Assembly: GCA_018898425.1 (NCBI GenBank)
Contig: JAHIHG010000066.1
Span: 1 to 23,690, forward strand
Reading direction: 5' to 3'
Length of the DNA stretch: 23,690 nt
DNA from: Nanobdellota archaeon
GTDB lineage: Archaea; Nanobdellota; Nanobdellia; Pacearchaeales; GW2011-AR1
Shown here: piece after piece, positions 1-9,200 of the stretch
Numbering within the stretch: the first letter of the stretch is position 1
Layout: every line of letters begins with the position of its first letter
The notes under the pieces: model-generated
What the model was told of the DNA's origin: nothing
What the model saw: the letters and a program-made list of their open reading frames with translations, nothing else
Database searches by the model: none
Program-made: the position numbers and the translations under genes

Positions 1-184
1 AAATAAAAATAAGAATAATAATCACCAAACCAAAAGAAAATAAATAAATATCAGCAAATACATCATTTATTGAGAGAGGATTTGCATTATCATTCATAAA
101 ATTTTGTTTAAAATTAAATTCATAAATAAATATGCCAAATATTAATAAAAAAATCAATCCCAACATCAATACCCATTTTTTCAT
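1..184 (-). CDS. partial small membrane protein; the 3' end runs off the window
   Basis: Manual read of the minus strand: ATG (cat at 182-184) followed by MKKWVLMLGLIFLLIFGIFIYEF..., open to the window edge. Hydrophobic signal/TM-like N-terminus. No recognisable family. Confidence 0.3.
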   Translation of the reverse strand, partial: MKKWVLMLGLIFLLIFGIFIYEFNFKQNFMNDNANPLSINDVFADIYLFSFGLVIIILIFI

Positions 185-231
185 AATATAATAAAACAAA
201 AAGGATATAAATATCTTTTTAACTCAAAAAA

Positions 232-441
232 TCAAGTAAAAAATAAAAAATAAGAACCAATTCCAATCACAATTAATCCAAAAAGAATAAGCAACCAAAT
301 CCATAATCTGGATTTTTTTTCTTCTTCAACAGGCTGCATTTGATTAACTGGTTGTTGTACTGGCTGTGTTGGAGGAGCAAATTGCTGATTTGAAGTTTGA
401 GAAGATTGTTGCACAGACTGTTGGGTTTGGTCTATCGCCAT
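232..441 (-). CDS. hypothetical small protein, Gln/Pro-rich N-terminus with a C-terminal TM anchor
   Basis: 69-aa ORF. It has a low-complexity Q/P-rich head and a single hydrophobic tail (LWIWLLILFGLIVIGIGSYFLFF). It ends in TGA. Confidence 0.4.
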   Translation of the reverse strand: MAIDQTQQSVQQSSQTSNQQFAPPTQPVQQPVNQMQPVEEEKKSRLWIWLLILFGLIVIGIGSYFLFFT

Positions 442-468
442 TTTATATTTAATACACGAAAAAAACCT

Positions 469-1290
469 TTAAATAGTTTTGCAAAAAACAATATATCTTT
501 CATTTCCAATCTCAAAATCATCTAAAACATCAAAATTACTTTTAATAAAGTTTAAAATCCAATTTCTTTTCACAACAAATCTTTTTTTAGAAACCAAACT
601 CCTAGTTGCAAAACTTATCGCAACCATCTTAACTAAGGGTGTAACTGCTTCAAGCAATTTTTTAGAATAATTTCTTTCCAGCATTTCTAATGAATCAAGG
701 GTTTTGAACAGGAAAATTATTTTTGGATGTTCTTGTTTTTTAATTAAACTCTTAATTTCTTCTAATTCAAATAAACTCATATGAACTGCTTCTCCTTTAA
801 TCTTTTTTTTCTTAAAATAATAATTCATAAACTCCACAAGCTGCCCCATTGCTTCAACCCCAAGATAATTAACTTTTTTATTTAATTTATTAAAAAAATC
901 ATAACTAAACCCATTTACACCAGCACCTAAATCAATAATGTTTATTTTTCCCTGAAAATCATAAAGCAATTTTTTATAAATTTCATCATAAAATTCATAT
1001 CTTTCTTTTGTAGATAAGTGTTTTTTTAAAATAAATTCTTCAGATTTATCTTTGATTTTTAAAAGTTTTTTACTTGTAAAAACACTAAAAACTTTTCTCA
1101 GCAAATCACGAGTTAATTTTATTTTTTCTTCATCAAGATATTGGGGCTTATCAAAATGAGAAAAAGCTATTTCAACATCTTTTTCAGGAAGTTGTGAAAA
1201 TTCTTTTTTCAAAATTATTTTCTCTATTAGTTCTTTAGTTGGGGTTTTGGACAAACTAGCTAAATTTTTTGATTTTTGTCTTTTATTCAT
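469..1290 (-). CDS. SAM-dependent 16S rRNA (guanine-N7) methyltransferase-like protein, FmrO/ArmA/RmtB family
   Basis: Start moved to the internal Met (MNKRQK, cat at 1288-1290); the longer ORF to 1590 overlaps the divergent GTPase gene. Motifs match remembered ArmA/RmtB blocks:
- HLSTKERYEFYDEIY vs (H)ASTKERL..LYDFIF
- IIDLGAGVNG, the SAM GxG motif
- IIFLFKTLDSLE vs LIFKLLPLLE
- VAISFATRSL vs MAVSFPTRSL
- IGNERYIVF vs IGTELIYLI. Confidence 0.7.
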   Translation of the reverse strand: MNKRQKSKNLASLSKTPTKELIEKIILKKEFSQLPEKDVEIAFSHFDKPQYLDEEKIKLTRDLLRKVFSVFTSKKLLKIKDKSEEFILKKHLSTKERYEFYDEIYKKLLYDFQGKINIIDLGAGVNGFSYDFFNKLNKKVNYLGVEAMGQLVEFMNYYFKKKKIKGEAVHMSLFELEEIKSLIKKQEHPKIIFLFKTLDSLEMLERNYSKKLLEAVTPLVKMVAISFATRSLVSKKRFVVKRNWILNFIKSNFDVLDDFEIGNERYIVFCKTI

Positions 1291-1339
1291 AATCTTTTCT
1301 CCACATAAATTTTTTAAGGGGAGATAGTTTAAAAGATAT

Positions 1340-2254
1340 ATGGCATCAACAAACCAGTCTCCAGCATATCTAAAAGCACAGGGAAAATTTTTCTCAGCAA
1401 ATACAGACCAAGAAAGACTTGAAGCATTAGACGCAATGATAAAAGAATGCCCAAAACATAAATCTTCAGAAAATATGCTGGCAAACCTCAAAACAAGAAA
1501 AAAGAAACTACAAAAACAAATTATAAAAACAAAAAAATCAGGAAAATCTGCAAAAACAGGAATAAAAAAAGAAGAGATGCAAGTAATCATAATAGGTTAT
1601 ACAAATTCAGGCAAATCATCACTATTAAACATTCTAACAAATGCTCAACCAAAAATATCTGAAATAAAATTCGCAACAACATTCCCAATTATAGGTATGA
1701 TGAATTATAAAACAATAAACATGCAAATTATTGAAAATCCTTCTATAGAATCAGATTATTATGATAAAGGATTGACAAATACTGCTGACACTCTTTTAAT
1801 TATTGTTAATTCTCTTGAAGAAATAAAAAAAATACAAACAGAAATAACAAAAGCTGATGGGGAAAAGATAATTATTTTTAACAAAACAGATTTATTATCT
1901 GAACAAGAAAAAAGAAAAATATCGGCAACACTCCAAAGCCAAAAATATAATTTTGTTTTAATATCAACTAAAACAAGGCAAGGAATAAATGAATTAAAAG
2001 AAAAAATTTTCCAGACATTCAATAAAATAAGAATTTATACAAAAGAACCAAATAAAAAAGAAAAATCCCCAAAACCAATTATAATGAAAAAAAACTCAAC
2101 AGTTTGCAATGTGGCTGAAAAAATTCTTAAAGGTTTTTCAAAAAAAATTAAAGAAACAAGAATCTGGGGCCCCTCATCTAAATTTCCAGGACAAAAAATA
2201 GGTTTAAAACACCAATTAAAGGATTTGGATGTTGTGGAATTTAAAACAAGGTGA
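1340..2254 (+). CDS. DRG/Obg-family GTP-binding protein with a C-terminal TGS domain
   Basis: G1 is GYTNSGKSS, G2 is FATT and G4 is NKTD. The C-terminal IRIYTKEP...VAEKI...IWG...GQKIG..H.L.D.DVVEF matches the DRG TGS domain. The G3 position is degenerate (IIENPS instead of DxPG). It ends in TGA. Confidence 0.8.
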   Translation: MASTNQSPAYLKAQGKFFSANTDQERLEALDAMIKECPKHKSSENMLANLKTRKKKLQKQIIKTKKSGKSAKTGIKKEEMQVIIIGYTNSGKSSLLNILTNAQPKISEIKFATTFPIIGMMNYKTINMQIIENPSIESDYYDKGLTNTADTLLIIVNSLEEIKKIQTEITKADGEKIIIFNKTDLLSEQEKRKISATLQSQKYNFVLISTKTRQGINELKEKIFQTFNKIRIYTKEPNKKEKSPKPIIMKKNSTVCNVAEKILKGFSKKIKETRIWGPSSKFPGQKIGLKHQLKDLDVVEFKTR

Positions 2255-2521
2255 TTATTTCAAAGCCCTAGAAATCAACCAGAGAAATAAAACACCAATA
2301 AAAGTTACAATAAAAGCAGTGATTACGCCTGCTTGAAAAATTGCAGTAGATTTAATATATTTTAAAACAAAATCATTTAAAGCAATAAGCAAAGGTTCTC
2401 TCCATGCAAAAGCAATAATAAAACCTGTTGCAGCACTTAAACCAATTCTCAAATGTTCTTTAAACTCTTTTGAAAATTTCTTTTTTCTTCCTCTTTTTTT
2501 CTTATATCTTTTAAGTGCCAT
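2255..2521 (-). CDS. small basic-headed membrane protein (DUF5654-like); paralog of 18539..18823
   Basis: 88 aa with a Lys/Arg-rich N-terminus, then GFIIAFAWRE and a C-terminal TM segment. The core FSKEFKEHLRI...GFIIAFAWRE aligns with FKKEFKRQLRI...GFTIAFTWRQ of the ORF at 18539. Confidence 0.6.
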   Translation of the reverse strand: MALKRYKKKRGRKKKFSKEFKEHLRIGLSAATGFIIAFAWREPLLIALNDFVLKYIKSTAIFQAGVITAFIVTFIGVLFLWLISRALK

Positions 2522-2529
2522 AATTTAAT

Positions 2530-3615
2530 TTATCTACTAACTTCAAAACTCTGTATTTTTTTCAATAATTCTTTTGCTTTTTTATTTTTCTTAAAATGTT
2601 CTCTGACTGGTTGTAAAAGTTCGTCAACATATCTTGCAATAGTATCTTTTAAATCTAAAGGATGAATCTTGCCTGCAATAAATAATTCTTTTAATTTATC
2701 ATAACTTTTAATTTCTAAATTGCCCCCATATTTTGCAGGCCTTTTTATAATGATACTTTTATATTTTTCAAAAACAATATATTTAGCATACTCTAAAATA
2801 GGGTTGTCTTTTTCTTCTTTTTCCGGGCAATAAGCTTTTTTGAATTTTCTAAAAACATCTTCTTTTGTATCTGTCATGAAAATAGCTGTTTCTGGCTTTG
2901 ACTTAGACATTTTTAATTCAATTTTTTTATCAATAGAATTCATTCCTTCAGTATTTTTATGCTGCAATCCCAATAACATATGATGGTGTACTGCAATAGG
3001 AGGTTTTAATCCCAACTTTGGAAAAATATCTCTTGCAAGCATATTAACTTTTCTCTGGTCTAAACCTAGTTGTGCTATATCTGCTTTAAGATGATGTATA
3101 TCAGCTGCTTGCATTAAAGGATATAATATCTGTGCAGATGGATTATTTGTACTTTCCTCCCTCCCCATTATTTGCCCACACCTCATAACACGATTTATAG
3201 TTGAATTCATAGATAATTTTAAAACAGTTTCCCAATATTCTGGATTTTTTTTAATAAAATCAGATGCCCAGATAAATTCAACATTTTTCATATCCAAACC
3301 ACACGCTTTCCACACTTCTATAAAATATTCTCCTACAATATGAATTTTGTTTAAATCCCCTCCTAGTTTATTATTTAACATTCCAAACCAGTCAGCAACC
3401 CAAAATTTAAATTTAACCCCGCAAGAAGTCAGTTTATTGACAGTTAATGTCCTCAACAACCCCTGAGCAATATGAATCTGGCCAGAAGGTTCAAAACCAT
3501 CATAGGCAATAATTTCTTTCTTTGTCCTAAATAATTCTCTAAGCTCCTCTTCATTAATAATCTCTTCAGCAAAACTTTTTATCAATTCTATTTTTTTATC
3601 TACGCTTAATCCCAT
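2530..3615 (-). CDS. tyrS: tyrosine--tRNA ligase (archaeal type)
   Basis: Aligns along its length with remembered M. jannaschii TyrRS: EEELRE, GFEPSG.IH, YP.MQ..DIH.L..D, QRK..MLAR, KMSKSK (the KMSKS motif), KKAYCP, NPI.E.AKY, KRP.K.GG.L, HP.DLK. Confidence 0.93.
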   Translation of the reverse strand: MGLSVDKKIELIKSFAEEIINEEELRELFRTKKEIIAYDGFEPSGQIHIAQGLLRTLTVNKLTSCGVKFKFWVADWFGMLNNKLGGDLNKIHIVGEYFIEVWKACGLDMKNVEFIWASDFIKKNPEYWETVLKLSMNSTINRVMRCGQIMGREESTNNPSAQILYPLMQAADIHHLKADIAQLGLDQRKVNMLARDIFPKLGLKPPIAVHHHMLLGLQHKNTEGMNSIDKKIELKMSKSKPETAIFMTDTKEDVFRKFKKAYCPEKEEKDNPILEYAKYIVFEKYKSIIIKRPAKYGGNLEIKSYDKLKELFIAGKIHPLDLKDTIARYVDELLQPVREHFKKNKKAKELLKKIQSFEVSR

Positions 3616-3657
3616 AAATAACCAAATAATTATTAATTATTAAATCTTTCTTATAAT

Positions 3658-4845
3658 ATGCTAATCCAACTTTTGTTGTTTATGCTAATAGGAATTATCG
3701 CAGGCACCTTTACAGGCCTTATCCCAGGAATTCATATAAATCTTATAAGTATTTTTCTTGTTTCAGCAAGCATATCTTTTCTTAGTTTTATTGAGCCAAT
3801 CTACCTAATAACTCTAATAACAGCCATGGCAATAACACACACTTTTATTGACTTTATTCCTTCTGTATTTTTAGGATGCCCAGACACAGATACAGAACTT
3901 TCTGTTCTTCCAGGACATGAATTATTAAAAAAAGGACAGGGATATCAGGCAGTTATTTTAACAGCTTATGGAAGCTTATTTGCAATTTTTATCTTAATTT
4001 TGATTGCTTATCCCTCAATATTTTTAATTGAAAAATCTTATAATTTTATTCAAACAATAATTCCTTATTTATTGATAATTATTTCACTTTCTTTAGTTCT
4101 ATTAGAAAAAAATAAAATCTCTGCAACACTTGCATTTTTATTATCTGGTTTTTTGGGCTTATGTGTTTTAAATCTTCCAGAAGTAAATCAGCCACTGCTC
4201 CCGCTTTTAACAGGGTTATTTGGTAGTTCTGCGTTAATACTCAGCATTAAAAATAAAATTCAAATACCTAAACAAAAAATTACAAAACCTAAAATAAAAA
4301 TTTTAAAACCTTTAACAGGAGCTTTAATAGCCTCTCCTTTATGCAGTTTCCTCCCAGGCTTGGGAAGCGGACAGGCAGCAATAATTGGGAATTTAATTTC
4401 AAGAACAAATCAAAAAGGTTTCTTGGTTTTATTAGGTGCAACAAATACACTTGTTATGGGCTTTTCTTTTATCTGCCTTTATGTAATTTCAAGAACAAGA
4501 ACAGGAGCAGCACTGGCAATCCAGCAAATAGCAGGAATACTCTCCTGGAAAATTCTTATTTTAATAATCATAATATCATTTATTGCAGGAATCATCTCTT
4601 TTTTTATAACACTTTTTTTAGCAAGATTTTTTTCTCAAAAAATAACAAAAATAAATTACACTAAAATATCTATAATGACTTTAATTTTATTAACAATAGT
4701 AGTAGTATTTATTGCAAAATTTATAGGATTAATAATTTTAATTGCTTCAACATTCACAGGAATTTATTGTATTTTATTAAAAGTCAAGAGAACTAATATG
4801 ATGGGATGTCTGATTATTCCAACTATTTTCTTTTATTTAATGTAA
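3658..4845 (+). CDS. polytopic membrane protein, TctA-family/DUF112-like putative transporter
   Basis: 395 aa and almost entirely hydrophobic, with many TM segments. The duplicated GLIPGIH and LPGLGSGQAA motifs are typical of the TctA/COG1784 family. Confidence 0.6.
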   Translation: MLIQLLLFMLIGIIAGTFTGLIPGIHINLISIFLVSASISFLSFIEPIYLITLITAMAITHTFIDFIPSVFLGCPDTDTELSVLPGHELLKKGQGYQAVILTAYGSLFAIFILILIAYPSIFLIEKSYNFIQTIIPYLLIIISLSLVLLEKNKISATLAFLLSGFLGLCVLNLPEVNQPLLPLLTGLFGSSALILSIKNKIQIPKQKITKPKIKILKPLTGALIASPLCSFLPGLGSGQAAIIGNLISRTNQKGFLVLLGATNTLVMGFSFICLYVISRTRTGAALAIQQIAGILSWKILILIIIISFIAGIISFFITLFLARFFSQKITKINYTKISIMTLILLTIVVVFIAKFIGLIILIASTFTGIYCILLKVKRTNMMGCLIIPTIFFYLM

Positions 4846-4893
4846 TTTTGCAAGAAACTAAAATTTACCTTTCCTAAAACAACATCTCCAGAA

Positions 4894-5019
4894 TTAAGCA
4901 CTATCCCAAATCCCATCTTCTTTATTATCCCATAATTTTTTCATTACAGATTTTGAAAGCTCTAACAAATCACTAAAATCCTCGTCATTAACATTTTTAT
5001 TAATTTTTCTCTCCACCAT
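4894..5019 (-). CDS. possible 41-aa small protein directly downstream of uppS
   Basis: Manual read: MVERKINKNVNDEDFSDLLELSKSVMKKLWDNKEDGIWDSA*. It starts 6 nt after the uppS stop on the same strand. Too short to assign; weak call. Confidence 0.2.
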   Translation of the reverse strand: MVERKINKNVNDEDFSDLLELSKSVMKKLWDNKEDGIWDSA

Positions 5020-5024
5020 TTATT

Positions 5025-6050
5025 TTAACTTCCCCCAAATCTTCTTTTTCTTTTTCCAAAAGATTTAATTGCCTTTCTCAAATCCCTTGGTTTAAATGAG
5101 GGAAAATGTTTTTTCACAAAACATAATTCAGCATAAACCCCTTGATAAGGCATAATTCCAGAAAGTCTTTGCTCACCAGAAGTCCTGATAATCATATCAG
5201 GATCAGGAATATCAGAACTATCCAGATATTTTTTAAAATCTTCTTCATCAATTTTCTTTTTTTTACTATTCAGGATTTTATTTACTGCTCTTACTATTTC
5301 ATCTCTCCCGCCATAATCAAGGCAAAACTGAATATTAAAATCAGAATAATTTTTTGATTCTTTTTCTAATTTTACTAACTCCTCTTTTAATTTCTTAGGA
5401 AATCTGTCTTTTCTTCCAAAATGTCTGAATCTTATTTTATGCTTATGAATAACCTTTCTTAAATCTTCTAAATTTTTAAAAAAAAGTTTAAATAAATTAT
5501 CAATTTCCTCTTTACCTCTTTTCCAATTTTCTGTTGAAAAACCCCACAAAGAAACATATTTTACCCCTAACCCTCTTGCTTCATTAAATAAAGAAAATAA
5601 ATTATCAAAATCAGCTGCCTTGTCATGCCCTTTTAATTTTTCAAGCCCTCTTTTTTTTGCCCACCTTCTATTTCCATCAGGAATAATAACTAAATGTAAA
5701 GGAGGAATAAACTTGCTTTTTTGAAAAGATTTGATTAAATTTGTTCCAGACTTAAATTTATCTAAAAAATAAGAATCTTTTTTTAAAATTTTAAAATCAG
5801 AATATTTTTCTAAAATTTTTATTTCTTTAATATTTAAATCCCTTACAAAACAGATTCCTTTAAAAGATTTTAACCAGGAAATGAATTTATCCAAATTTTC
5901 TTTATTTCCCTGAACAAGAACTAAAACACTTCCATCAGCCAAGTTTTCAACAAAACCATTTAATTGATTATTTTTTGCAAATCTTTTTATTCTTTCTCTA
6001 AATAAAACTCCTTGCACTCTTCCATAAATTTTTATTTCTAATTCTTGCAT
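5025..6050 (-). CDS. uppS: acylphosphatase-like domain fused to a cis-prenyltransferase (undecaprenyl-diphosphate synthase family)
   Basis: - N-terminus: IYGRVQGVLFR...NGFVENLADGSVLVLVQG matches the acylphosphatase signatures.
- C-terminus: IIPDGNRRWAKKRG, GFSTENWKR and IRTSGEQRLSG match the UPPS signatures.
- Start set at Met23 (cat at 6048-6050), with an A/T TATA-like box (ttttaaaa) about 30 nt upstream. Confidence 0.85.
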   Translation of the reverse strand: MQELEIKIYGRVQGVLFRERIKRFAKNNQLNGFVENLADGSVLVLVQGNKENLDKFISWLKSFKGICFVRDLNIKEIKILEKYSDFKILKKDSYFLDKFKSGTNLIKSFQKSKFIPPLHLVIIPDGNRRWAKKRGLEKLKGHDKAADFDNLFSLFNEARGLGVKYVSLWGFSTENWKRGKEEIDNLFKLFFKNLEDLRKVIHKHKIRFRHFGRKDRFPKKLKEELVKLEKESKNYSDFNIQFCLDYGGRDEIVRAVNKILNSKKKKIDEEDFKKYLDSSDIPDPDMIIRTSGEQRLSGIMPYQGVYAELCFVKKHFPSFKPRDLRKAIKSFGKRKRRFGGS

Positions 6051-6120
6051 AATTAAATCAATTGAAATTACTCTTTTAAAAGTTTTGAAAACATAAAATC
6101 CAATTTCTATAATCAAATAT

Positions 6121-6245
6121 CAAAACCATTACCCTTTACCGAATTTAAAAGGGAAACGTAAAATGGTTCTAAAGAACCATTGTCCTAATTTTTCCTGCTT
6201 TCATTTGGCCACGCTTTAGTTCGAAACTGAAATTTCGGACTAATG
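6121..6245. other. hairpin-rich, relatively GC-rich intergenic segment (candidate structured RNA, UTR or terminator); strand unknown
   Basis: - 6-bp stem cccttt/aaaggg at 6132-6153.
- Perfect 8-bp hairpin aatggttc-taaa-gaaccatt at 6162-6181.
- 10-bp hairpin (one G-U pair) tagttcgaaa-ctgaaa-tttcggacta at 6217-6242.
- No ORF, and no tRNA cloverleaf found. Confidence 0.25.
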
Positions 6246-6288
6246 AACAATCTTTTTAATTGTACTTAGACGAATGAATGGAAAAACC

Positions 6289-9200
6289 TTAAAAAAATTC
6301 ACTAAGAGGTTTTTGCTTCTCCAATTCTTTCCCAAAAATACTCTCAATATATCTTTTTACAAGTTCAAGATTTTGCTGTACATATGGTGAAAGGTCATAT
6401 TTTTTTGCTAAATCCAATGCAGGTTCTAGATATTTTTTAATTCCTCCTTCATGAATTGTAAAAATTAATTTCCCATTGCATTTAGGACAAGTTCCTTTTA
6501 AGGGAGGTCTTCTTATTATTTCATTACAAGCAACACACCTAAATTCCTGCATTGAAAATTTTCTTAAATTACCTCTCAAATCCCTAATAAAATGTCTTTC
6601 AATTACAAGTGTTGCTGTTGCAGTAGTATCTGCTGCCCTTATTCTTTCAACAAGTTCCATCTGATGCTGAACCTTTTCCTGCATTGTGGCTAAAAGCTTA
6701 TAAGAAGAGCAAGGAACCCCGTTATTAAAATCTGTTGTGTCATGAGTAAACCCTGCCCCAATAAAAGGATTTTCTCCTTTTCTTAAAATCTCTTTAACAT
6801 TATGTATTTTTAATTTTGAAGAATGTTCTTTTTTTTCAGCAAGTTCATACAATTCCAAAGGATATTCATAAACAAATTCAAAATCAAGTATCTGATCATC
6901 AACTTCTCCTGCATCTATTTTAGCATTCAAAACTAAAGGAGCATCTTGTGTTCCTCCCCTGTGACTTGGCAAAAATTCTCGTGAAAAATTAAGCAAAACA
7001 TCTCCTAAAAGCATAATAGCTGCCTCATCTCCATCACACCTCGCATTTATAATTTGTTCCCCCCATAAAACATTTTTATCCTCTTCACTCTCCCATTCCA
7101 CTTCAAAACAATATGAAGGAATTTTTTCTTTAAAAAAAACAACTTCTTTAATTATATCTACAAAAATATCATTCTCTTTTTCTAAACTAAAAAATTTATG
7201 ATTATATTTAATTTTTCTTTTTCTGCAATTTTTAAATTCAACATTTTTTATTAAAGCCAATTTTCTTTTATTCGCCGGATTTAAAATTTTAACTATTCCA
7301 TAAAAATCTTCTCCACTATAAACAAGATGCTGAAGAATATGCTTTTTTGGTTCCTTATTAAGCTCTTTATATCTTTCTAAAACCTTTTTTCCAGGGAGTC
7401 GCTCATTAGTTTTGCTAAATCTTCCAAATAATCCGAATTTACAACCTAATAAAGAAATGCCATCAAGAAGCTTCCTGCTAACAGAATAAAAACAGATAAA
7501 TTTTCTTTTACCATATACAATAGTCCCATCACCATCAAAATAACAAGATAAATAAGCCCTTACTTTTTTTTCAGAAACATTAAAAATAATGTTTGGAACT
7601 CTTTTCTCATAAGCACCACCACCAGCATCAAAACAATATTTAAATAAATAATAAACAAGTTTATTGCAAATAGTGATTTTAGTTTTATCCTCGCCAAAAC
7701 TAGGAATTAATCCAAAAGCACCTTTGATTGAAGATTCCAATTTTCTCCTTTGCTCTTTATCTATAATCCTAAAACAAATTTGTGACACAGTTTTTGTCTG
7801 CCTAGAATGCCCTTCAGCAGAATAATAACCCAAAACATTCATTAAATCCTCACCAACCTTAAACATTAAATCCCATTTTTTATTATTAAAAATAGTTCTT
7901 ATCTTTGCTGTTTTGGGGATGTCTTGCCACTTCATCAAACCATGATCAATAAATTTAAGCACATGATTTAAAGGAACTAATTTATACCAATCAGATAAAT
8001 TATTAAAATCATTATTAATATTAAACAATTTAATAAATTTAGATATGCCTACTTTTTTTACTAATTTCTTAAAAAATTCTTTGGCATCAACAACTCTTAC
8101 TTTAAATAATTCTTTTTCAGGAAGATTCTCTGATAAAAGTTTTGGAAGAAAAACCTCTTCAATTAAATTACTCTTAACATCAAATTTATTAATTAAAGCT
8201 ATTCTGTCTCCTTTTTTTATTTCGCCTGCTTTTTTTACTTGAAAATTATTTTTTTTATCAAGATAAATAAATTTGTGCCTTGGGGTCATAACTTGTTCTC
8301 TTCCACTAGAAGTCTTTATCTTAACCCATTTTTCAGGCGGAGCTCCTTTAATAAAATATTTAATCTTTTTTTTCTTCAACTTCTTGCTTACAGGATCAAC
8401 CCCAAATGCATAAAGCTCTTTATCTAAATCAACCCTAATAGTACCATAAGAATCAATCTTTCTTGTCTTATGTCCCTTCTCAATTAAATTTTCAACATAA
8501 TTTCCTATTGCCTCATTTTTAACTTCTCCATTATCAGAATAAATAAAATTTGTCATAGGATAAACACAATCTCTTCTAATAGCTGCATGCATATATGGGC
8601 TGGCAAACAAACCCAAAGTATTTGAAAAACCAATAAATCTGCAAATAACTCCTGCACAATTATGAGGAGCCATACAAACACCTAATTGCCCCACTAAATC
8701 TTCTCTTTTTTTAACATTATAAAAAGATTTTAATTTATAAAAATTTACAAGCAAATCATCAACAAAATTACAAATATTCATAAAAACATCTTCTCCTTTC
8801 TCATCTATTGTTTGTGAAAAATTTGGAATAAGAACATCATGAGGCATTAACTCTAAAATTTGTTCTTCATTAACAAGCTCCTTTCCATGAATATCTTTAT
8901 CATAACCTAATTCTTTTAATTTTTTCACACTCGTAAAAATTTCTTTTGGTTTAAAACACACCAAGGGTAATTCAGTTGCATCAAATCTTATTGTTCCATC
9001 TTTATTTACTTGCAAATTATGTTTTGCTCTTAAAACTCCTTTTGAAAGATTTTCAAGAGCATGATTTGTTGAAGAAGTTGTTCTAATTCCTTTAATCAAA
9101 AGAGGAGATTCAGATTTAATTATATTTAATTTTTGAATAGCTTTGTCAAAATAATGCATTATATCTAAATCCTGAACACAATATTGCGTTCCTTCTTCTT

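Noticed and set aside
1291-1590. N-terminal 100-aa extension of the methyltransferase ORF (469..1590)
   Set aside because: - The extension is Phe/Cys/Ile-rich low-complexity sequence.
- It overlaps the divergent DRG GTPase gene on the other strand.
- Homology to ArmA/RmtB starts after the internal Met at 1290.
6051-6116. 22-aa N-terminal extension of the uppS fusion ORF
   Set aside because: The acylphosphatase domain starts right after Met23, and a TATA-like box lies inside the extension. The shorter start is more plausible.
6117-6288. A tRNA, or a C/D or H/ACA sRNA, in the GC-richer intergenic segment
   Set aside because: - I could not build an acceptor, D, anticodon and T cloverleaf. The ggttc-taaa-gaacc hairpin has a 4-nt loop, not a 7-nt T-loop.
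- There is no RUGAUGA C box.
- The hairpin followed by ACA lacks a two-sided pseudouridylation pocket.
- It is kept only as a generic structured-RNA candidate.
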